Shown here piece after piece: positions 1 through 7,000 of a stretch of 19,508 nucleotides of DNA. The DNA comes from Candidatus Krumholzibacteriia bacterium (lineage in GTDB: Bacteria > Krumholzibacteriota > Krumholzibacteriia > LZORAL124-64-63): the NCBI GenBank assembly GCA_036351155.1, contig JAZBOO010000003.1, positions 1-19,508 of the forward strand, in the 5' to 3' direction. The notes below the pieces were generated by a model. The model had not been told where the DNA came from and searched no databases. It was given only the letters and a program-made list of their open reading frames with translations. The translations under genes were made by a program, and so were the position numbers. How positions within the stretch are numbered: the first letter of the stretch is position 1; each line of letters begins with the position of its first letter.

Positions 1-177
1 GATGACAACTTCTTCATTCCACACCAAGTTTCCGGTTTCAGCGACAAATGACAGTCCCCAGTTCATGTCAAACAGTTCAGTTCTTGGGCTTTCCTCGGGC
101 CACTGAGGACCAAGATCCCCACAGCCGGTGATTCCCCCGATTACCAATAGTATCACCAGAAACCAGCGCCAGATCAT
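1..177 (-). CDS. Partial CDS (5' end only; runs off the window): predicted lipoprotein of unknown function
   Basis: Manual translation from ATG at 177 gives MIWRWFLVILLVIGGITG|CGDLGPQWPEESPRTELFDMNWGLSFVAETGNLVWNEEVVI..., open to position 1. It has a basic residue, a hydrophobic core and an ITG-C lipobox-like motif. A GGAGGG Shine-Dalgarno lies at 188-183. Confidence 0.75.
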   Translation of the reverse strand, partial: MIWRWFLVILLVIGGITGCGDLGPQWPEESPRTELFDMNWGLSFVAETGNLVWNEEVVI

Positions 178-365
178 CGTTTCCCTCCAGAATTCAACTT
201 CCCATCATGAAAGGGAGAATACCCCGAACTCCTTCGGGAATTCCCATTTTCAAATCAAGGGCCATATCTGGACCCGCTCTCCAACACGACAACCCACCGG
301 CGTCCACCTCCCAAGTTTGCAGCATGGCAAACTATACAAGGCGATCGTGGCGATAGAGCTCCAGG

Positions 366-466
366 GGACACCCCCATCATACACCAGAGGTCCAGGAAAT
401 CCGCAGGCCGCATCCGAAGGATCGGCCGAGGACATCCTGGACCTCTGGTGTATGATGGGGGTGTCC
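366..466. repeat. Long palindromic element: 32-bp perfect inverted repeat enclosing an inner hairpin (MITE/REP-like)
   Basis: 366-397 GGACACCCCCATCATACACCAGAGGTCCAGGA is the exact reverse complement of 435-466. The 37-nt spacer contains GGCCG-c-ATCC-GAA-GGAT-CGGCC (406-427). Confidence 0.9.
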
Positions 467-467
467 G

Positions 468-2423
468 CTAGAACTCCATCGCCACAAACGCTGCATTCAA
501 TCCCTCGACCACCTCCCGGTCGCGACCTTCCATGTAATAACGCAGGACCGCATCGGTGCCCGAAGCCCGCAACTCGAACCACTGGTTCTCGAACTCGATG
601 AAGGTGCCGTCCCCGGCGTGGAACACACGCTGGATGGGAGGCAACAAGGAGCCGTCGGTCATCTTGCCGCGGAGGATGGCTTCCACCTCGGCTGGAGATT
701 GCCCTTCGAGGGAGGCGAAGAAGGCCACCGTGGCTTCCTTGCGCGCATTGCCCGCGGCCTTGGCCGCGTCCCGCTCGGCCCCCTTCAGGGATTCATCGAA
801 CAGGGTCACGTCGAGACGCTCGTAGAAGCGGTAACGGGTTTCGTACTTCTCCAGAAGCTCCAGATAGTAGCCGGCAAAGCTGCCACCGGTCTGATGCAAC
901 CGGGCGGCCAGACAGAGGGACATGACCCCGATCTGCATGGCGTCCTTCTCCTTGGCCGCCAGGCTGGTCCGTAGGCCGTGTCGACTGGTCATCGGCTCGC
1001 TGGGCCCCATGGCGGCGCCTCCGCTCTCCTCGGCCATCATCAGCAGCCGGGGCCGGGCCCCGAAGGTCGTCTTCACCCCCGTGACATCCGTGGCCGAGGT
1101 AGGGTTGGTCCCGGCGGCGATCTGATCTTCCAGGTCGGTCACCAGCTCGGCGAAGTACTTGAAGCCCACGGGCACCCGATAGGTGGCCAGGGCCCCGCCG
1201 AAGCGGGCGTTGAAGGTGGTCGCCACCTCGCCGATGCTCATGCTGGTGGGATAGGTGCTGGCCACGATCCAGTTGTAGTCGCCCAGCTCTCCGGCCTCCT
1301 GCAGGCTGGCAATTTTCAAGGCGGTCAGCATGAAGTAGATCTGGTTGGGCTTGAAGAAGACCAGGCAGCGCTCGTCATCCAGAGGATCGACTTCCAGGCC
1401 CGCGGCAACCGCGGTCCGGGCCAGGGACGCCGGCGCGGTGGTCACCATGTTGAAACGATCCCCATCCGGATCCCAGATGAAGAACACGTGGCATTCCCCA
1501 TCCCGCAACAGGTCCTGGGCCCCCACGTGCTTGTACACCTGCCACTTGCCCGGGTCCACACCGTGGTTCACCCCGTCGACGATGCCGATCCCGTGATAAT
1601 TGCTGCTCTCGGATTCGTGCGTGAAGAACACGGGGCCCTCGTCGCCCACGAGAATGCCCAGATGATCGAACACCCGGCGCCCCGTGGGTCCCATGCTGCC
1701 CCCCTCGGTACAGAAGGCCGCCCGGAAGCCCTGGGCTGCCGCCACCGGGATTTCGTCCAGCAGGCTGGCCGGCACCACCTTGCGCAGAACGTCCACGTAG
1801 GCCTCCACCGGATCGAAGTCGCGCACGATCAGCGGGCTGTTCGCCGGAGCCAGCGTGATGGTCAACCCCCTGGTCTGGGCTCGTTCCACCAGATCGCGCA
1901 CGCGGTCGGCGATCTGGCCGGCCATTTCCATCAGCTGGCCGCCACCGGCGGTCATGGGTTTCCAGCCGCCCTTGTAACTCTGGCTGTGGCTGGCGGTGAA
2001 GTTTTCGCCACCGTCCAGTTCCTCGTAAAACACCCCGAAGGACGACAGCCAGATGGGGGTGGTACGCTCACTCAGCGGACGCAGGTGCACTTCGATCCCC
2101 TGCGCGGCGTACAGGCGCGCCGCCAGATCGATGAACTCCTGGGTGTGCGGCCGCACCTCACCCCCGACGTGCAACTTCTTCAGCCCGTTTTCCCTGGCCA
2201 GTTCCGCACGCGCCGTGAGGATGAGCGACAGGCTCAATCCATTGAGAGGAACCTCGGTATTGAACAGTTGATCGGGGTCCAGCAGATCCCGGTACCCGGC
2301 GGTTCCCAGCTTGAACTGGGCGGCCCACCCGGCCAGCCCGGCCTTGGCCACCAGGTCCGCATCGATCAGAAACTCTTCCTGTCGCTTGGCAAAAGGGGTA
2401 AAAAACGGCGCGATCGAGCTCAT
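468..2423 (-). CDS. Phosphoglucomutase/phosphomannomutase (alpha-D-phosphohexomutase) family protein, divergent
   Basis: 651 aa. Motifs: LGTAGYR (GTxGxR), TASHS phosphoserine loop, DPDGDR metal loop, VGFKY, AEESGG sugar loop, EKDA, and RASGTD phosphate-binding motif. GGAGAG RBS upstream. Confidence 0.9.
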   Translation of the reverse strand: MSSIAPFFTPFAKRQEEFLIDADLVAKAGLAGWAAQFKLGTAGYRDLLDPDQLFNTEVPLNGLSLSLILTARAELARENGLKKLHVGGEVRPHTQEFIDLAARLYAAQGIEVHLRPLSERTTPIWLSSFGVFYEELDGGENFTASHSQSYKGGWKPMTAGGGQLMEMAGQIADRVRDLVERAQTRGLTITLAPANSPLIVRDFDPVEAYVDVLRKVVPASLLDEIPVAAAQGFRAAFCTEGGSMGPTGRRVFDHLGILVGDEGPVFFTHESESSNYHGIGIVDGVNHGVDPGKWQVYKHVGAQDLLRDGECHVFFIWDPDGDRFNMVTTAPASLARTAVAAGLEVDPLDDERCLVFFKPNQIYFMLTALKIASLQEAGELGDYNWIVASTYPTSMSIGEVATTFNARFGGALATYRVPVGFKYFAELVTDLEDQIAAGTNPTSATDVTGVKTTFGARPRLLMMAEESGGAAMGPSEPMTSRHGLRTSLAAKEKDAMQIGVMSLCLAARLHQTGGSFAGYYLELLEKYETRYRFYERLDVTLFDESLKGAERDAAKAAGNARKEATVAFFASLEGQSPAEVEAILRGKMTDGSLLPPIQRVFHAGDGTFIEFENQWFELRASGTDAVLRYYMEGRDREVVEGLNAAFVAMEF

Positions 2424-2488
2424 GTGTTCTCTCCGGGTTCTGGGCTGTGTCGGCTATCAGCTGGTCGTCTCCGCATCAGGGCAAGAAG

Positions 2489-2517
2489 ATTATAGGGCGG
2501 TCGCCGCCTGTTGGCCA
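2489..2517 (-). promoter_or_regulatory. Putative sigma70-type promoter for the phosphohexomutase gene
   Basis: Minus strand reads TGGCCA (2517-2512), 17 nt, then a perfect TATAAT (2494-2489), about 65 nt upstream of the ATG. Confidence 0.5.
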
Positions 2518-2543
2518 CCCCCCGCTCACTCAGGGCAGAATGA

Positions 2544-2572
2544 TTGCGTGATTCCAAAAAACAGAGTAAAAT
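2544..2572 (+). promoter_or_regulatory. Putative sigma70-type promoter for the kinase-phosphatase pair
   Basis: TTGCGT (2544-2549), 17 nt, TAAAAT (2567-2572), in an AT-rich patch about 50 nt upstream of the ATG at 2622. Confidence 0.55.
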
Positions 2573-2621
2573 GCTGTGAATTATCCAGGTATCTTCACAA
2601 CTCATCACTCCGGGGAATTCC

Positions 2622-5339
2622 ATGATCGGAACAATGATCGGGCCATTCGAGGTCGTTTCTCTGCTGGGCAAAGGCGGCATGGGAGAAGTCTACCGGGCAC
2701 GCGACAGCAAACTCAACCGTGAGGTGGCCCTCAAAATCCTGCCGGAGGTCCTGGCCGCCCAGCCCGATCGTCTGGTCCGTTTCCAGCGGGAAGCCAAGGT
2801 GCTGGCCGCCCTTCAGCACCAGAACATCGCCTCCATTTACGGGCTGGAAGAGCATGAAGGCCAGCCCGTGCTGGTCATGGAACTGGCCGAGGGCGAAGAG
2901 CTGGGTGACCGGATTGCCGCCGCCAGCCTGACCGGCACCGAGATCACCAAGATCGCCCGCCAGCTGGCCATGGGCCTGGAGTACGCCCACGAACAGGGGG
3001 TCATCCACCGTGACCTGAAGCCGGCCAACGTCAAGGTATTCGGTGATGGCCAGGTCAAGATCCTGGACTTCGGCCTGGCCCGTGCCATGGACCCCGCCCT
3101 GTCGGAAGAGAGCGAGGGCAGTACCCCCTTCATTCCCACCGTGACCCAGGGCTTGACCGTGGCCGGCACCGTGCTGGGCACCGCGGCCTACATGAGTCCC
3201 GAACAGGCCCGCGGCTACAAGCTTGATCGCCGCAGCGACATCTGGTCCTTCGGCGTCATCCTGTACGAGATGCTCACGGGAGATCGCCTGTTCGAAGGGG
3301 AAACGGCCACCGACACCCTGGCGGCCATCCTGCACAAGGAGCCGGACTTCGAGGCCCTGCCCGCCGACGCCAGTCCCATGTTGATCCAGATCTGCCGGCG
3401 CTGCCTGGAGAAGGATCCCAGCAACCGCCTGCGTGATATCGGTGAAGTGCGGGTGGCTCTGGAAGGTTCCTCGTCCTCGGTCATCGGCCTGACCGCCCTG
3501 GGGGTCCCGGCTCCGGACTTTCCCATCGCTCCGGCCAAGCCCGCCATCCTGCCCTGGGCGGTGGCCGGCCTCTGTGCCCTGGCCCTGGTCGCAACGGCCT
3601 TCCTGGGATTCACGGGGCGGCTGGGGCCCGAAGTCCCGCTCCCCCCCCTGGTCCACTCCTCGGTTTCGTTGCCTGAAGGCATGCAGATGAATCTGAACCC
3701 GGCCGCTCCCGGCCCGGCCACTCTCAGCCCGGATGGTACCCGGCTGGCCTTTTCCGCCATCGACACCAACGGCCGGGTCATGCTCTACGTGCGGGACCTG
3801 AGCGACCCTGTGCCCCGCGCCATCCCCGGGACCATTGGCGCTCACTATCCTTTCTGGGCACCTGACAGCCGCACGGTGGCCTTCTTCGCCCCCAACAACC
3901 GGCTGGTCAAGGTGGATGTGGCCGGTGGGCCCGTGATCACCATCTGCGAGGCCGAGAACGGCAAGGGAGGCAGCTGGAACGAGGAGGACATGGTCCTGTT
4001 CGCACCCAGTCACGTTTCTTCGATATACATGGTGTCCGCCAACGGGGGGGAGCCCGTCGAATTGACCGGGCTGGGTCAGGAAAAGGATTATCGTTCCCAC
4101 CGCTTTCCCTCCTGGCTGCCCGGGGGTCAATCCTTTCTGTACATTTCCATTTCCCGCAATGGGACCAGCAGCAACATGGACTCCGTATTGCGCCTGGCTA
4201 CCCTCGAGGATCCCCGTGGCCGCGATCTCATGCCCTGCCAGACCAGTGCCACCTTTGGTGAAGGCCACATCCTCTTTGTCCACGACTCCATCCTCATGGC
4301 CCGCCCATTTGACCAGGCCACCGGGGAATTTACCGGCCCGGCCCAGCCACTCCTGGGGGGCGTCCTTGCCATCCCGGCGGCCCACCTGGCCGTGATCAGC
4401 GTCAGCCCTGAAGGACTTCTGGCCTTCTCCGGAGGGGATCGGCAGGACATGGGCAACTCGCTGCTGGTGCAGGTGGACCCGGAAAGCCGTGAAGAAACCG
4501 CACTGGGCGACCCCTTGCTCACCTATGGTTTCGACATCAGCCCCGATGGCACCCAGGTGGTCATGGCCCTGCCCGACAGCCGGAACGGAACATTCGACAT
4601 CTGGACCCTGGACATCGCCCGGAACCTGCGGAATCGGTTCACCTTCGATCCCGAAACCGAACTGAGTCCGCTCTGGGGCGCGGAGGGGCAATGGATTTAT
4701 TTTGCGTCCGACCGCACGGGTGTCTCCAGTATCTTCCGTCGCAGGGTCACTGGCGCGGGCACATCAGAGCTCATCTTCGAAGCCCAGCAGGATTGCTTTC
4801 CCACTGATCTTTCCAGCGATGGCCGACTTCTGGCCTACACCACGTCCGATTCCACCGGAAGATTCGAAATGGCCTTCTGTGATCTGAGCACCGGGAAGAC
4901 CGAACCGGTACACCCGGATGTCAGCTATAGCGAAGCTGGCGCCTGCTTTTCTCCTGATGTGCAGTGGGTCGCATTCATGTCGAACGAGACCAGCCAGGTC
5001 GAGGTGTATGTCGAATCCATGACCCCTGGCGGTGGTCGCTACCGGGTGTCCAGTGAAGGGGGCCAGCACCCTAGGTGGTCGCCTGACGGCCGCACCCTTT
5101 ATTACCTGGCTCCCAGCGGCGAGGTCCGCTCGGTTGCCGTGGAATCGAGTGCATCGGCCGGCCTCCGGTTCGGCGCCGAAAAAACTCTGACCGATCGCGT
5201 CGAAATCGCCGACTCCGGCACCATCCAGGTCAACCCGGCCAACGGTCATGTGGTGGTCCAGCGTTCAACACAAACCCGGCAGAACAGCATGCTCAGCCTC
5301 GTCACCAACTGGCAGCATCTGCTCGACAGTAACGATTGA
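2622..5339 (+). CDS. Hanks-type Ser/Thr protein kinase with a TM helix and a C-terminal TolB/PD40-like beta-propeller region
   Basis: 905 aa. Kinase motifs LGKGGMGEVY, VALK, HRDLKPANV, DFG, GTAAYMSPEQ and DIWSFG are intact. Hydrophobic segment ILPWAVAGLCALALVATAFLGF follows. Repeated SPDG/WAPDS/WSPDGR blade motifs fill the C-terminal part. Confidence 0.95.
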   Translation: MIGTMIGPFEVVSLLGKGGMGEVYRARDSKLNREVALKILPEVLAAQPDRLVRFQREAKVLAALQHQNIASIYGLEEHEGQPVLVMELAEGEELGDRIAAASLTGTEITKIARQLAMGLEYAHEQGVIHRDLKPANVKVFGDGQVKILDFGLARAMDPALSEESEGSTPFIPTVTQGLTVAGTVLGTAAYMSPEQARGYKLDRRSDIWSFGVILYEMLTGDRLFEGETATDTLAAILHKEPDFEALPADASPMLIQICRRCLEKDPSNRLRDIGEVRVALEGSSSSVIGLTALGVPAPDFPIAPAKPAILPWAVAGLCALALVATAFLGFTGRLGPEVPLPPLVHSSVSLPEGMQMNLNPAAPGPATLSPDGTRLAFSAIDTNGRVMLYVRDLSDPVPRAIPGTIGAHYPFWAPDSRTVAFFAPNNRLVKVDVAGGPVITICEAENGKGGSWNEEDMVLFAPSHVSSIYMVSANGGEPVELTGLGQEKDYRSHRFPSWLPGGQSFLYISISRNGTSSNMDSVLRLATLEDPRGRDLMPCQTSATFGEGHILFVHDSILMARPFDQATGEFTGPAQPLLGGVLAIPAAHLAVISVSPEGLLAFSGGDRQDMGNSLLVQVDPESREETALGDPLLTYGFDISPDGTQVVMALPDSRNGTFDIWTLDIARNLRNRFTFDPETELSPLWGAEGQWIYFASDRTGVSSIFRRRVTGAGTSELIFEAQQDCFPTDLSSDGRLLAYTTSDSTGRFEMAFCDLSTGKTEPVHPDVSYSEAGACFSPDVQWVAFMSNETSQVEVYVESMTPGGGRYRVSSEGGQHPRWSPDGRTLYYLAPSGEVRSVAVESSASAGLRFGAEKTLTDRVEIADSGTIQVNPANGHVVVQRSTQTRQNSMLSLVTNWQHLLDSND

Positions 5340-5353
5340 AAAGGATAGGTCCC

Positions 5354-6982
5354 ATGGAAGTGAAACTGGTTGGCAGCGTGGACAATGAAGAGGTCCAGTT
5401 CCCCCTGGCCGAGGGCGTGTATCTGATTGGCCGCTCCGATGATGCCACCTTGCGCATTCCCAAGCCCAGCATCTCCCGGCACCACGCCGAGATCCGAGTT
5501 CTGGGTGGCAACATCACCGTGCAGGACCTCGGCAGTCACAACGGGACCCGGGTCAATGGCGCCACCGTGGAGGGCACCATGGTTCTGCAGACGGGAGACC
5601 TGCTGGAGCTGGCCAACCTGACCTTCCGTCTCGAGGGTCCGGAGACCACCCAGCAAGGCCTTTCGGTCACTGGACAATCCGTCATCCCCAATGCGGAAAT
5701 CAGCTGGGACGAGGTGCGGTCAGCCCGTGGCCAGAAGAAGGATCTGCAGTCGTTGCTGTTTCGCGTGCTGGCCGAAGCAGGAGATCTGCTGACCATTCCC
5801 CGCTCGCCCGAGGAGATGTACGATCCCATCCTCGACCTGGTGGAAACCGCCCTGCTGAAACCCGAGCGCATATTTGTGCTCCTGGTGGAGGAGAGCGGAA
5901 AGGAACCGGTTCACGCGGCCTCCCGGATCAAGGGATATCGCGGCGAGGAATCTCTGGTCCTGAGCCGGACCATGATCCAGCAGGTGATCGAGGACAAGAA
6001 ATCATTCCTGGCCTCGGACTCCCTGGATCAGACCGATATGAACGGCATGATGAGCATGATCAGCCAGGGCATTCGCTCGGCCATTGCCGTGCCCCTGTTC
6101 GACAACGAGGATGTGATCGGTATTCTCTACGCCGATGACTCCCGCCCCCAGCGCACCTTCAGCCGCGACCAGCTGGCCGCGTTCACCCTGCTGGCCAACA
6201 CCATTGCCGTGGCTCTGACCCATGCGCGCTACCATGAAATGGAAGCGGAGAAGCGCCGTCAGGACGCCGAGGTTTCTGCTGCCGAGGACATCCTGGCCAA
6301 CATTCTCCCGAAGAAGCTTCCGCCCCTGGACGGCTACGACGTGCTGGCCAACCTGGAACCCTGTTTCGAGGTGGGTGGCGACCTGTACTTTGCCCAGCCT
6401 CTGGAAGACGGGAAATACGCCTTCCTGGTGGGCGATGTCACCGGCAAGGGACTGGGCGCGGCGCTGCTGGTCAGCCATATCATGTCCCTGACCCGCTTCA
6501 TGCTGTCCGAAGGCTGGGAACCCGCCGCGCTGGTGGAACAGCTCAGCCGGCAGACTTTCCTGTGCACGGACTTTGTCCGGTTTGCCACCTTCTTCCTCGG
6601 GTACCTGGACCCCGCCACCGGACACATCCAGTATGTCAACGCCGGCCACAACCCTCCCTTTCTGGTGCGGAATAACGGAGAGGTCGAGGAATGCCCCACC
6701 TGTGGTTTACCGGTGGGCATGATGGAAGATTCCAAGTACCGGAGTCTGGAGATCACCCTGGGCAGTGGCGATCTGCTGGCGGTGTTCAGCGACGGCATTC
6801 CCGAAACGCAGACCCTGGAGGACGAGGAATACGGGGAAGATAAATTCCAGAAACTGCTGGTGGCCCGGCGCACCGAGCCGCTGGACCAGATATTCACCGT
6901 GCTGCAGGACGAGCTGGCCACGTTCCGGGGCGAGGCGCCCATCGGCGATGACGTCACCCTCCTGACCCTGCGCCGCCAGTAA
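5354..6982 (+). CDS. FHA-GAF-SpoIIE (RsbU-like PP2C) protein phosphatase
   Basis: FHA motifs IGRS, SISRHHA, DLGSHNGT. GAF-like segment IRSAIAVPL...IGILYAD. PP2C motifs GGDLY, GDVTGKG, NAGHNPP, FSDGI, DDVT. I prefer ATG 5354 (after AAGGATAGG) to TTG 5336. Confidence 0.93.
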   Translation: MEVKLVGSVDNEEVQFPLAEGVYLIGRSDDATLRIPKPSISRHHAEIRVLGGNITVQDLGSHNGTRVNGATVEGTMVLQTGDLLELANLTFRLEGPETTQQGLSVTGQSVIPNAEISWDEVRSARGQKKDLQSLLFRVLAEAGDLLTIPRSPEEMYDPILDLVETALLKPERIFVLLVEESGKEPVHAASRIKGYRGEESLVLSRTMIQQVIEDKKSFLASDSLDQTDMNGMMSMISQGIRSAIAVPLFDNEDVIGILYADDSRPQRTFSRDQLAAFTLLANTIAVALTHARYHEMEAEKRRQDAEVSAAEDILANILPKKLPPLDGYDVLANLEPCFEVGGDLYFAQPLEDGKYAFLVGDVTGKGLGAALLVSHIMSLTRFMLSEGWEPAALVEQLSRQTFLCTDFVRFATFFLGYLDPATGHIQYVNAGHNPPFLVRNNGEVEECPTCGLPVGMMEDSKYRSLEITLGSGDLLAVFSDGIPETQTLEDEEYGEDKFQKLLVARRTEPLDQIFTVLQDELATFRGEAPIGDDVTLLTLRRQ

Positions 6983-7000
6983 CCACGCGGCGGTCCAGGG

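Noticed and set aside
366..466. Hairpin as a rho-independent terminator
   Set aside because: No T-tract follows the stem on either strand, and the stem is far longer than a typical terminator.
360..475. Hairpin as an integron attC site or CRISPR repeat
   Set aside because: No RYYYAAC/GTTRRRY ends, no extrahelical bases in the outer stem, only one copy in the window, and no integrase or cas gene nearby.
128..601. ORFs 128..601 (+) and 250..582 (-)
   Set aside because: They run through the palindrome and overlap better-supported genes, with no recognisable motifs.
978..2495. 505-aa plus-strand ORF
   Set aside because: Antisense shadow of the phosphomutase gene, as expected from high-GC codon bias; no motifs.
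2595..4691. 698-aa minus-strand ORF
   Set aside because: Antisense shadow of the kinase gene; no independent domain signatures.
6983..7000. Terminators at the convergent junctions (6983-7000 and 17729-17753)
   Set aside because: The gaps are only 18 and 25 nt and show no convincing stem-loop with a T-tract.
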